Part shown: one piece after another, positions 12,982 through 24,927 of the stretch
Layout of the letters: the number at the start of each line of letters is the position of its first letter
Position numbering within the stretch: the first letter of the stretch is position 1
NCBI GenBank assembly: GCA_964016885.1
Contig: OZ024741.1
Location: 222,208,001 to 222,272,000, forward strand
Reading direction: 5' to 3'
Source: Eledone cirrhosa
Lineage: Eukaryota
DNA length: 64,000 nt
Made by a program: the position numbers and the translations under genes
Notes under the pieces: generated by a model
Seen by the model: only the letters and a program-made list of their open reading frames with translations
What the model was told of the DNA's origin: nothing
The model's database searches: none

Positions 12982-14350
12982 GTAAGGAAAATAAATTTTA
13001 AAAATGAAATTTTTCTAAAAAATATTGATATCTAATTTAGGCACAAGGCCAGCAAATTTGGAGGAAAGGTTAAGTTGATTAAACCAACCCCGTACTTGAT
13101 TAGTACATTACTTTATCAACACTGGAAGAATGAAAATAAAGTCAACCTCAGTGAAATTTGAACCCAGGATGTTAAAAGTCAGAACAAATACTACAATAAC
13201 ATTGATCTGGTGCTTTACCAATTCTGCCAACCCCCCAACTTAACTTTTCTGAAAACACTTAAAATTTTCTTTTAACTCTTTTTACTTATTTTTATCACTT
13301 AGTTATGAGAAAAGGCAGTGTCCATGAGATTTTTCAGGTACTTCAAGAATGGTGGGAAAAGGGTATCATCAAACCTGAGACCTGGCTCAAATTCTTGAAA
13401 CAGAATTGACTCTGTTAAAGGTACCTAACGACCAGGTGATGGTTTTAAACTGGGCACTGTATTAAGTCTACTACTCAAGTAGGTTACAACAGGGTTGGTA
13501 AAATGCAAAGTTGACCTGAAGAGGATTTGAACTCAGAATGAATAAATACCGCAAGGCATTCTGTCTGATGCTTTAAGAATTTCATCAGTGAACTATTCTT
13601 GATTGGTACTTTATTTAGTGAAGTGGACTTCAACATAAATAGAACTCAGAATTCCAGGGGTCTGAATTAATAGTGTAAGGCGTTTCATCTAACACTTCTG
13701 TTAATACTTGATACAATGAAACACAATTGACATTTTTAGATTGTATATTTTTCTATTTTCCTCAGTATACAATAAAGGTGGTGAATTGGTAGAGTCATTA
13801 GAGCATGGGACAGAATGCTTTGTGGTATTTATTTCTGTGTTCTCAGTTCAAATCCTACTGATGTTAACTTTGCCTTTCATTCTTTTGAGGTTGCTAAGAA
13901 AAGTACCAGCACAGTACTGGCGTTGGTTCTTCCTCTGTATCTCTTCACTTCCTCTCTATCATTTTCTCTCCTTCTCTGGAAAAAAATAGGCTGTGTTCAA
14001 ACTTGGACTCTGCTAGGTTTAAAGTGTCCAAGAATCACCATACACATTATGGCGTTCCCTACAAATCCATACATACAGTATACAGTGATGAGGGAACCAG
14101 TAGTGTAAAGAATACAATTGGCCCACTTATGTTTTTTAATTCACTATCTTTTTAATTATTTTATTTTATTTTATTTTTGTTAAGAATTGGTTTTGATAGG
14201 TGGATGGTTATGTAAATTGATAAATTTACTTTAGTTACTGAAGCAGGTAATTTCACATTAAGGTAGTTGATTTGCTGACAGTAAATATTATCAATGGATG
14301 TGTAAATAATCATGTAGAAAGTTTCAGAAATGTAATGTTGAGAAAACATA

Positions 14351-14415
14351 GCTTACAGCCATATCATGTTGAAAGCACTTGTTCTTGTCTGATCATCAAA
14401 ATTAAGCAACATTGG
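14351..14415 (+). pseudogene. 5S rRNA 5'-half fragment (pseudogene or SINE3-type head)
   Basis: gcttacagccatatcatgttgaaagcacttgttcttgtctgatcatcaaaattaagcaacattgg matches the recalled metazoan 5S 5' half, with mostly CpG-type transitions. Confidence 0.7.
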
Positions 14416-14559
14416 TGATAAAGTCTCTCCAGTGGCTGTTGAGGATGGTGTGGAGGCAGCACTAATGGAAGCACTTGAGGAGTCAAAAGTGGTGGTGATA
14501 ACTGACCCATGACTCTGAGCCATATAAGAGGGTGGTAAGGACTATGGTTCTGTACTCTT

Positions 14560-14885
14560 TGATCTTGGTACCCTCCTTCAGGTGTTTATTGTTCTACATG
14601 CATTTGTACAGTCTGCCAAGTGCACTACTCTCCTTTACCCGTCTGTTGCTGATTTCCCTGTCAATCTTGGCATCTGATGTGATGGTGCACCCGCGTAAGT
14701 GAACTGATGGACTGTTTTCAGTTCAGTCTCGCCAATGGTGATATGGTGTGGGTGGTACTCTTCCTGAGGTGCAGGCTAGTGGAGTACCTCCATCTTTTTT
14801 AATCTGAATTCCAGCCCAAAGAGCTGCAAGACTCTTTCTGTGTAGGCAATGAGAGCAGCATCATCAACAAAGAGGAGGTCTTGGA
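14560..14885 (-). mobile_element. BovB-like RTE RT remnant
   Basis: Minus strand encodes LLFVDDAALIA and PAPQEEYHPHHITIGETELKTVHQFTY. Confidence 0.65.
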
Positions 14886-14889
14886 TCAG

Positions 14890-15733
14890 TTGCTACATAT
14901 ATAACGTTTAGACAGGTTGAGAAAACAGCTATATGTTTGCATGTATACGAACTGCAATGTTGCACAGCAGTGAGACCTGGGCACTGTGTGCTGAGGACCT
15001 GCGAAGATTGGAAAGAAATGAAGGCTCCATGTTTCACTGGATGTGCAATAGCAATATATGTGAATGGTAAATATAAATATACTGTGTGAGAAATTAGGCA
15101 TAAGAGGGATCATTTGTTGTTTGCAGGAGAGGAGATTGCGTTGGTATGGACATGTGATGTGTATGAAGCATGACAGCTGTATAAAAAGGTGCAGAGCGGT
15201 CAAAGTTGATGGTAGCCATGGAGTGGGCAGGCCTAGGAAGATTTGGGATGAAGTAATAAAAGCTGACATTGCACAATTACACCTCACTAAAGCAATGACA
15301 AAGAACTGCGACCTCTGGTGCTATGCAGTATTACAGAAGACCCGCCCTCTATTATTCTCGAGCTGAGGCTTATACCTAGTAGGTAACACCTTCCTCAACC
15401 TTTTCTTCTCTCATACACCTCCCTTTGCAGTAACCATCCCCCCCTATTACCTATGTCCACCATTTCCCCAAGCTTCCTGCCGCCTCCCTAGTCCCAAGAC
15501 AAAAGAACACAGTCCCCACTGTAATATGGTCATGTAGGTGACACGACAAAAAGCACCCAGCACACACTGTAAATGTGGTTGGTGTTAGGAAGGGCACCCG
15601 GCTGAAGAAACTAAGCCAATATCTGCCCCGAGTGAGCCAAACATGCTCCTCTGACCTGTTTTTCTCCATAAGGATCAACCTGTCCTTTCTATGCTAGTGT
15701 AGAAGATGGACGTTAAACGATGATGATGATGAC
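14890..15733 (+). mobile_element. Degenerate RTE LINE 3' fragment
   Basis: ORF 15064-15366 (ERRLRWYGHV...GRPRK.W), family 3' UTR, (GAT)n tail. Confidence 0.85.
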
Positions 15734-15914
15734 ATATATATATGTGTGTATATATTCGTATGATATATATATATATGTATATATATGATATATGTATATA
15801 TACGATATATATATATACACACAAATATATATAATCCCGCATCAAATGGAACAAAACCGTCTAACCCATGCTAGCGTGGAAGATGAATGTTAACTGATGA
15901 TGATGATGATATAC

Positions 15915-15965
<51 letters not shown>

Positions 15966-15975
15966 CATATATATC

Positions 15976-16130
15976 CAGCCATTTCAACAGCTAGATCCGA
16001 ACTCGGATCTAGCTGTCAAAATGACTGCAGCTCAGCTGTCCTGAATCTTCAAATTACTCACCCTATACCCCAAGTATCGAGTACTCTGATGGGTTATGGT
16101 CTAGCTGGTTTTTACCACATCCTCTCTGAT
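15976..16130. mobile_element. Micro fold-back element with the 3' half of a degenerate hammerhead (same family as 28985-29370)
   Basis: Hairpin cagctagatccga-ac-tcggatctagctg plus a tail (aagtatcgagtactctg...ttatggtctagctggtt) shared with 29085-29150 and 29297-29370; (TA)n flanks. Confidence 0.55.
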
Positions 16131-16449
16131 ATGTATATATATTATGTTAGTACCACAAAACATCCAGCCCACACTGTAAAGTGGTTGTGTAGGTGTCACG
16201 ACAAAAAGCATCCACACTAAAGTGGTTGTGTAAAAGACAAGGCAAAAAGTACCCACCACGCACTGTAAATTGGGTCGGTGTTAGGAAGGGCATCTAGCCC
16301 TAGAAAACCAGCCAGAAACAGTTTTATATTATGAGCAAGACACGGTCAACCGACCGAACTTGCCTCTAAATGGGACAAACCTGTCTAACCCATGCTAGTG
16401 TGGAAGATAGACTTTAAATGATGATGATGATGATGATGATGATTTTTGG

Positions 16450-17140
16450 CAAAGTAAAGCTCAATGTTAGCTGATAATCAACAGGTGTGAAAGGTGTATC
16501 ACCACGCTACTTGAGAACATGCAATACGCTATAGCAGAGCAAACCTGTGAGAGTCTATGAAAAATTTGTCTAACACAATTGGACATGCCTACAATATTAG
16601 AAAACAGCACAGCTCCCATGACTTTCGGAAGCATATTTTCACATTCAGAGTTGCTGAAGCATGGAACAAACTACCTGCATCAGTTGTTAGCTGCCGGGAC
16701 ACTGCATCCTTTAACTCTTTAGCATTTAAACCGACCATATCCGGCCAGAATTCTCTCACCTTTCTGTTCAAACCGACTGTAACCGGCTATTCATACTGAT
16801 GTTAAGGTATTGTTCTCAAAATAGATAATATCAAAATCTCATAAAATCGATATTATTTGAGATAAAGGCTTTACCATGAAAATACAATAGTATATATAGA
16901 GTAATGTAAATGCTAAAGGGTTAAGGTTAAGTTTGGCTTCTATCCGTTAAAACCTTGTTTCCTGAAAATCGCCAACACTACACCTGATATTCCCTTTCCA
17001 TACACATGCACGCATGTATCTGTGTATATCATGACTCATACACTGTTCACTTTCCTGACATTTGTATATTATTCTCTGTACTATACATGCACCTTTTATG
17101 AGTTGTGCACCTGAGCACTACACAATAATTTCATTATTTA
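16450..17140 (+). mobile_element. CR1/L2-like LINE 3' remnant interrupted by a TTAA MITE
   Basis: RKHIFTFRVAEAWNKLPASVV is a typical CR1-clade C-terminal motif; (ATT)-rich tail near 17130. Confidence 0.65.
16715..16920. mobile_element. piggyBac-like MITE
   Basis: TTAA on both sides; TIRs ctctttagcattta and taaatgctaaaggg. A related copy in opposite orientation lies at about 34940-35128. Confidence 0.7.
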
Positions 17141-17601
17141 TTTATTTGTCTTATACTTGAACATTCTTTAGTCTTGCAGAGTAATCGTTGGTTCCATTAG
17201 TAATCATTTTGCCTTTCATCCTTACTGGGTCGATAAAATAAAGTACCAGGAATGTACTGGGTAATTGCTGGCCTTGTGCCTAAAGTAGAAACAATTATTT
17301 TAATCTAAATTTCATTTTTATCTTTATTTAATTACTACGCTAGTTAGACTGAAAGCGTGGTTATCTCCCTTTAACCTTAGGTCGTGGCTGGGTCATCATG
17401 ACATATTTACAACAGTTGATACTGACCACTAATATGTACACGGAAGGTAATGCTTTGTTAATAATAATTTAAATTTTGTTATAGTCCCTGACGAGCTGGT
17501 CTACAATAGGGTATTGCATGTTCTTATGTAGCGTCGCGAAACATATGTCAGTCAGTTAATTAAATGTAGTTAACAGTTTTCGTTGTCTTGCTTTGTGTGT
17601 A

Positions 17602-17655
<54 letters not shown>

Positions 17656-17658
<3 letters not shown>

Positions 17659-19628
17659 TCATCATCATCATCATCATCAACGTTTAACGTCCGTGTTCCA
17701 CGCTTGCATGGGTTTGGACGGGGGTAGTCCCACTTGAGGCAAGAGTGATTGTCTTGCTCGCATAGGACTGTCTGGCAGGTTTTCTACAGTTGGATGCCCT
17801 TCCTAACACCAACCACATTTACAGTGTGGGTCTGGGAGGTTTTTACCGTGTTGCCTACACGGCCACATTACAGCGTGGACTGTGTGTTTTTTTGTCGTGA
17901 CACCTACACGATCTCATTTGTTTCGGCCTCGATGGCGCGGCACCAACATAACTTTACATAGAACGGGGTGGTGTGGATGGGGTGGGGGTGGTGGTGGTGG
18001 GACGGGGTGTATTTGTTAGAGATGCCTACTGGCTGGAGTAGGTTTTACTATATATTTAGGTAAGGCGGGTCTTCTCTGTTACTGAGTACCGCCAAAGGTC
18101 TCGGTCCCGTGACATTGTCTTGGAGAGGTGTAAGTGTGTGATGTCGGAGTTTATCAGCTCGTCCCAGGTTTTTCTAGGTCTGCCTATTCCGTGACTACCG
18201 TCTATCTTTATTGCCCTGCACTTTGTTATACAGCTATCGACTTTCATGCGCATCACGTGTCCATACCAACGTAGCCTTCTCTCGAGTAAACAACATCTGA
18301 TCCCTCTTATCTCTAATTTTTTCCTTAGTTCGTTTATGCTTTGCCGTTCACGTATATTACTGTTACACATCCAGCGGAGCATGCAAGCTTCGTTCCTCTC
18401 TAGTCTGCGTATATCCTCTGCACACAATGCCCAGGTCTCACTGCCATGCAGCATTGCTGTTCGTATGCAGGCATCGTACAACCTGCCTTTCATTTTTAGG
18501 GAGAACCCTTTAGCAGCTAATAGTGGTATAAGCTCTCTGAACTTTTTCCAACCAGTTCTGACTCTAGCTACAGTACTTTCAGAGCACCCTCCCCCACTGC
18601 TGATTTTATCGCCCAGGTAACGGAAGCTGTCCACTATTTCTATAGAACCCTCTGCGCAATTGAAAGAGCTAGTATTTTGTGGGCACTTGCTGCTACTTAT
18701 TGCACCAGAACACCGGCCACATGTAAAATCTATGTTCTTAGTTAGCTTATCTGTGATCCCACTACATCTTTTATGCACCCATACTTTGCATTTAGGACAT
18801 AAAATGGAGTTTCTACCTACGCCTTTCCTACACACCGAGCACGACCATTTCCCAGAAGGGACCGCCGCCTTGTTTTCTTTCCTACAAACTAGAACTTTGG
18901 TCTTAGCCAGGTTAATTTTAAGTCCTCTTGACTCTAGGCCGTGCTTCCATGTTTGGAATTTCTTCTCTAGCTCGGCCATTGATTCCGCTATGAGTGTCAG
19001 GTCGTCTGCGTATAGGAGTTCCCATGGGCAGCCTGTCTTGAACTCCTCTGTTATAGCCTGAAGGGCAATAATAAATAGTAGTGGGCTGAGAACAGAGCCC
19101 TGATGGACGCCAACTTTTACGCTAAACTCTTCACTATATTCGTTGTTAATTCTAACCTTGCTGACTGTTTCTTTATACATGGCTTGTATAGCCCTCACAA
19201 GCCATTCGTCAACGCCTAGTTTTCTAAGAGCCCACCAGATAATGGAGCGGGGGACTCTGTCGAAGGCTTTCTCCAAGTCGACAAAAGCTAAGTAGAGGGG
19301 TTTACCTTTAGCTAGGTACTTCTCCTGTAGTTGTCGTACTATGAAAAGAGCGTCTGTGGTACTTTTGCCTGACACAAACCCGAACTGCATTTCATCTAGG
19401 TCAATTCTCTCTCTGATTAGTTGCGCTATTACTTTTTCCGTGACCTTCATGACCTGGTCGATTAATTTAATGCCTCTATAGTTACTCCTATCTAGGGCGT
19501 CTCCTTTACCCTTATAACAGTTAACGATGATGCTGCTATGCCAGTCCTTCGGAACAACCCCATTCTGTACGACTTGGTTAACTATGCGGGTGACCATGGT
19601 GTGTCCCACCGTGCCAGATGCCTTCAGC

Positions 19629-19629
<1 letters not shown>
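17656..19629 (-). mobile_element. 5'-truncated RTE LINE with an uninterrupted 524-aa RT plus PHD-like C-terminal ORF (18056-19630)
   Basis: NYRGIKL, QFGF, DLEKAFDRV, GVHQGSVLSP, LYADD, RLRWYGHV motifs; 3' UTR and (CAT)n tail; both ends in (TA)n. Confidence 0.95.
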
Positions 19630-19659
<30 letters not shown>

Positions 19660-19663
19660 TTCA

Positions 19664-19693
<30 letters not shown>

Positions 19694-19697
<4 letters not shown>

Positions 19698-20030
19698 GGC
19701 TTAGTGGTTAGAGCATTGGCCTTGCAATCGAAAGGTTGTGAGTTCAATTCTCAGACCAGGTGATGTGTTGTTTCCTTGAGCAAGACACTTTATTTCACAT
19801 TGCTCCAGTTCACTCAGCTGTAGAAATGAGATGATAGGGACTGGGGTCCATATCATTCCACTGCAAAGTGGTCGTGGAGGTGCCACGGCAAAAAAGCACC
19901 CAGCACTCACTGTAAATGAGGTTGGTGTTAGGAAGGGCATCCAGCTGTAGAAATCAAGCCAGAATCAGTTCCCGTCCCACCCTTGTAAGCAGGGAAAAGC
20001 GGATGTATGATGATGATGATGATGATGATG
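19694..20030 (+). mobile_element. tRNA-derived SINE family B with an RTE-derived 3' tail
   Basis: A box tggcttagtggt, B box gagttcaattc, core ccttgagcaagacacttt. The 3' part matches the RTE 3' UTR (gttggtgttaggaagggcatccagctgtagaaa) and ends in (GAT)n. Confidence 0.85.
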
Positions 20031-20040
20031 TATATATATA

Positions 20041-20281
20041 AAGAATGATTAATAAAACAGGAAGGCATCATAAAAAAGTAATTTATTCCAAGTGTTTACA
20101 AATGTTTCCTTAGTAGTTACACAGCCTAGTCATGCTATATGCAAATTGGTAGTTATTAATTTGCAGATACTCAATTTTCAAATGCTGTTCGTACCACCAA
20201 TTCTTCAGAACTAATATGGTGGATCTTAGTTTCTTAATATTTCTTAAAGGGAGTAATTGGGGAAGATAGAGTAGTAAAGGA

Positions 20282-20312
<31 letters not shown>

Positions 20313-21262
20313 TGTAGGGTTAGGAGAAATGGGAGAGAGAGCTTTGAAGAATACAGATAGCTTAATCTAAATGTTGTGATAGGGGTTCAACAAGTGGTTT
20401 TATTATACTGCTTACTCTCAAAGTGACAACTTAGGCATTGTGTTGATGTTATCAAGTTTGGAATTATTTACTGCCACAGAGAGCAGGTTAATAGATGTAG
20501 GGAAGGAAGGAGATAGAGAGCGAGAGAGAGAAACTACAACTATCAACTCGGTGTATATCGCCTTTCCTTCCCTTTCTCTGAACTTTTTTCTGCCCCCACC
20601 CCTCTCTCTCTCTATTTCTTTCTTTCTTTCTCTCTCTCGCTCTCTATCTCCTTCCTTCCCTACATCTATTAACCTGCTCTCTGTGGCAGTAAATAATTCC
20701 AAACTTGATAACATCAACACAATGCCTAAGTTGTCACTTTGAGAGTAAGCAGTATAATAAAACCACTTGTTGAACCCCTATCACAACATTTAGATTAAGC
20801 TATCTGTATTCTTCAAACCACTCTCTCCCATTTCTCCTACCCCTACATCTCTCTCTCTCTCTCTCTCTTTCTTTACTACTCTATCTTCCCCAATTACTCC
20901 CTTTAAGAAATATTAAGAAACTATGATCCACCATATTAGTTCTGATGAATTGGTGGTACGAACAGCATTTGAAAATTGAGTATCTGCAAATTAATAACTA
21001 CCAATTTGCATATAGCATGACTAGGCTGTGTAACTACTAAGGAAACATTTGTAAACACTTGGAATTACCTTTTTATGATGTCTACCTGATTTATTAATCA
21101 TTCTTTATCTACACTCCGGAATATAGAAGAATCGGAAACCAAGTTTCTTTAACTTCTTTTGTAACTTGTTGAGTCACCCCTCACCGTATGTCGACTCTAT
21201 CTAGTGTAGTAATTAACCATTACTGCATTCAGGATATTCCTAAGCATTTCTTGCATAACCTA
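20041..21262. mobile_element. Fold-back PLE pLTR derivative: about 495 bp inverted arms (20041-20535 / 20627-21106) plus a one-sided tail
   Basis: Arms are reverse complements, so mirror ORFs appear in the track. Hammerhead-like CTGATGA (20942) ... GAAACatttGTA (21042-21053). (TA)n flanks. Confidence 0.8.
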
Positions 21263-22174
21263 ATATATATATATATATATATATATCAAAATAAAGATCC
21301 GAAGGCATGGTATAAATTTCCAATCATTTTAATCATGACACATGTTTCAATAAGAGATAGATCGATCGTGTAGCCATGATCGATTATCACTGATCTCGTC
21401 AGGTGAAAATGAATTGTCTTCAAATCCTTGATATGAGGGAGAAAATTAATGGTGTTCATTTACAGAGTTTAGTCCCTCATATGAAGATCAAGCAGTCAGA
21501 ACACGGCGACTGCTAACGTCTTAAGTTAAGGTCATAAAACTATCAAGTCTCCCAATAGCTGTAAAAGACGCTGGACATCAATCAAATCTGTAGAATTACA
21601 GTCGGTCACAGTTAATGTGAGTGGGTACACACACACTCACATATACACGACGCGAGGTCAAAGACAAAAATATATATACCCATACCAACACAGCATCAAA
21701 TCTGTAGAACTATAGACGGTCACAGTTAATGTGAGTGAGTACACACACACACACCAACACGAGGTTAAAGAAAAATACAAATATACCAACATACCATTTA
21801 CTGAAAGTTAGTTTACAAAACAACAAATGTTATATTGGTCAAATCTCAATTTGACGATGTAAATTGGAAAAATTGGGCCAACCGCAACCCTATACACACG
21901 CAAGTAAGTTCAGTTCAATGATTTGCTATACGTGTATAGATTGAATTGTAACATCTTAAAAGCCCAAGGGCCCATATGACGGGAAATCGCACATACTGAC
22001 AATTTAACCCAAGTACCCAACCCTACACAGAGCCCCTTGGCGGCCTACATAGCGGTTGCTTGCACGCACAGATTTTGGGACTCAGATTCTCAATGTGACA
22101 ACGGCACATATTGTGTTCGATATGAGCTGACTACTTGCACTTCACATGGATGTGTATATGCCTAAACATACACT

Positions 22175-22913
22175 TTTTTGGACGATACGGATGTGTATAT
22201 ACCATAACATACACTATTTGGAGATACGGATGTTACAATTCAATCTATACACGTATAGCAAATCATTGAACTGAACTTACTTGCGTGTGTATAGGGTTGC
22301 GGTTGGCCCAATTTTTCCAATTCTTTTGGACGATACGGATGTGTATATACCATAACATACACTATTTGGAGATACGGATGTTACAATTCAATCTATACAC
22401 GTATAGCAAATCATTGAACTGAACTTACTTGCGTGTGTATAGGGTTGCGGTTGGCCCAATTTTTCCAATTCTTTTGGACGATACGGATGTGTATATACCA
22501 TAACATACACTATTTGGAGATACGGATGTTACAATTCAATCTATACACGTATAGCAAATCATTGAACTGAACTTACTTGCGTGTGTATAGGGTTGCGGTT
22601 GGCCCAATTTTTCCAATTCTTTTGGACGATACGGATGTGTATATACCATAACATACACTATTTGGAGATACGGATGTTACAATTCAATCTATACACGTAT
22701 AGCAAATCATTGAACTGAACTTACTTGCGTGTGTATAGGGTTGCGGTTGGCCCAATTTTTCCAATTCTTTTGGACGATACGGATGTGTATATACCATAAC
22801 ATACACTATTTGGAGATACGGATGTTACAATTCAATCTATACACGTATAGCAAATCATTGAACTGAACTTACTTGCGTGTGTATAGGGTTGCGGTTGGCC
22901 CAATTTTTCCAAT
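22175..22913. repeat. Five essentially identical 148-bp tandem repeats
   Basis: ggacgatacgg recurs at 22180, 22328, 22476, 22624 and 22772. Confidence 0.95.
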
Positions 22914-23364
22914 TTACATTGTCAAATTGGGATTTGACCAATATAACATTTGTTGTTTTGTAAACTAACTTTCAGTAAATAGTATGTTGGTATATTTGTA
23001 TTTTTCTTTAACCTCGTGTCGGTGTGTGTGTGTACTCACTCACACTAACTGTGACCGTCTATAGTTCTACAGATTTGATGCTGTGTTGGTATGTGTATAT
23101 ATATATTTTTGTCTTTGACCTCGCGTCGTGTATATGTGAGTGTGTGTGTACCCACTCACATTAACTGTGACCAACTGTAATTCTACAGATTTGATTGATG
23201 TCCAGCGTCTTTTACAGCTATTGGGAGACTTGATAGTTTTATGACCTTAACTGAGGACGATAGCAGTCGCCGTGTTCTGACTGCTTGATCTTCATATGAG
23301 GGAATAAACTCTATAAATGAACACCATTAATTTTCTCCCTCATATCAAGGATTTGAAGACAATT

Positions 23365-23449
23365 CATTTTCACCTGACGAGATCAGTGATAATCGATCAT
23401 GGTTACACGATCGATCTATCTCTTATTGAAATGTGTCGTGATTAAAATG
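23365..23449 (+). ncRNA. Type I hammerhead ribozyme motif (mirror copy at 21325-21411, minus strand)
   Basis: catttt-cac CTGACGA [long stem II with atcgatc/gatcgat] GAAA tgt GTC gtg-att-aaaatg. Stem I pairs cac/gtg and catttt/aaaatg. Confidence 0.7.
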
Positions 23450-23632
23450 ATTGGAAATTTATACCATGCCTTCGGATCTTTATTTTGATACAAATACTCC
23501 GTTTTACATCATCTAGCTGTTCCCATAAATGGAATTGGAGATATACAAAAGCATGGAGAACTTAATATTGCTAACAACAATTTTATTGGACCGTTTGACA
23601 CAACCAATAATACACCTTACTATATATATATA

Positions 23633-23976
23633 TCATCATTCATCATCATTTCATTTTACGTCCGCTTTTCCCTGCTAGCAAGGGTGGGACAGGAACTGAT
23701 TCTGGCTTGATTTCTACAGCTGGATGCCCTTCCTAACACCAACCTCATTTACAGTGAGTGCTGGGTGCTTTTTTGCCGTGGCACCTCCACGACCACTTTG
23801 CAGTGGAATGATATGGACCCCAGTCCCTATCATCTCATTTCTACAGCTGAGTAAACTGGAGCAATGTGAAATAAAGTGTCTTGCTCAAGGAAACAACACA
23901 TCACCCGGTCTGAGAATTGAACTTACAACCTTTCGATTGCAAGGCCAATGCTCTAACCATTAAGCCATGTGCCTCC
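23633..23976 (-). mobile_element. SINE family B copy
   Basis: Reverse complement of 19694-20030. Confidence 0.85.
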
Positions 23977-24121
23977 ATATATGTATATATATATGCTGTT
24001 TTTATTTAAGCAGGATTATAAGTATTCTCTATGCTCTGTTTGTCTCGCAATATATATATATATATGTCCCACCCATGCTAGTGTGGAAGATGGACGTTAA
24101 ATGATGATCATGATATGACAT

Positions 24122-24370
24122 ATATATAGAAATTTACAAAATTATTATTTAAAACATCACATTCCAGAAAGTGATGTTTTAAATAATAATTTTGTAAATT
24201 TCTATATATACTCTGTAAATTTTTTCACTTGCAACCTGTAGTTTAACTACTACAGGAGTTATCAAACAAAATAATTCAACCGTTGAGTAAAGCACTACTG
24301 TAAGTGGCTTCAGATTCTTGTTACATAATCAAATTAATTGATTACACTAACGGAAATGGAATAATGATAT
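24122..24370. mobile_element. Short fold-back element (about 40 bp arms, 24122-24210) with a one-sided tail
   Basis: gaaatttacaaaattattattttaaaacatcac / gtgatgttttaaataataattttgtaaatttc; microsatellite flanks. Confidence 0.6.
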
Positions 24371-24379
24371 AATTCTCTC

Positions 24380-24484
<105 letters not shown>

Positions 24485-24597
24485 CCCTTGACCTGCTGCA
24501 AAATCAAAACAAGATATTTTTGCGAGCAATGAACCTTGATGTGGATTTAACCCCAAAAACTCTTTCCGAGCTATATAAGGAACACTTGTGATTATTT

Positions 24598-24640
24598 ATG
24601 CCCTTGAGAAGCCCAACTGGGCGAAACGTACGTAGGTGCT
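24598..24640 (+). ncRNA. Variant minimal hammerhead-like motif
   Basis: cCTTGAGAA gccc-aact-gggc GAAAC gtac GTA gg. Stem II and the palindromic stem III look canonical, but the core deviates from CUGANGA. Confidence 0.45.
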
Positions 24641-24927
24641 GTTTTAAATAAACATGTTTTAACGGTCTATTCTCCGATTTTTTACTTTCCCACGTGCTTA
24701 CGCTCTGCTAACTCTCTTGCCCACTAAATATTAACACTTCGAATATTTAATACTGCCGGCACTAGTATCGAGCACCTTTGGCATACGCTACTTGGCAAAT
24801 AACTATATGTATCACCTATCCTCCCCTTTTTTTCTCTTTCTCGATACGTAAATACTGTATATATATATATATATATAAATATAGATATATAGATATATGT
24901 ATGTGTGCGTATATGTATATATATATA

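Larger units (their letters stand above)
21285..23620. mobile_element. Fold-back element with about 670 bp inverted arms, a hammerhead motif in each arm, an internal 148-bp tandem array and a one-sided tail
   Basis: 21285-21955 is the reverse complement of about 22820-23490; tail 23491-23620; (TA)n flanks. Confidence 0.85.

Noticed and set aside
19694-19770. tRNA gene
   Set aside because: tRNA-like A/B boxes continue into a SINE core and LINE tail, and no complete cloverleaf is evident.
20418-20742. Two mirror-image 100-aa ORFs
   Set aside because: Artefact of the palindrome; no protein features.
22175-22913. Regular repeat array resembling a CRISPR array
   Set aside because: Units are identical 148-mers with no unique spacers, there are no cas genes, and the context is a eukaryotic intron.
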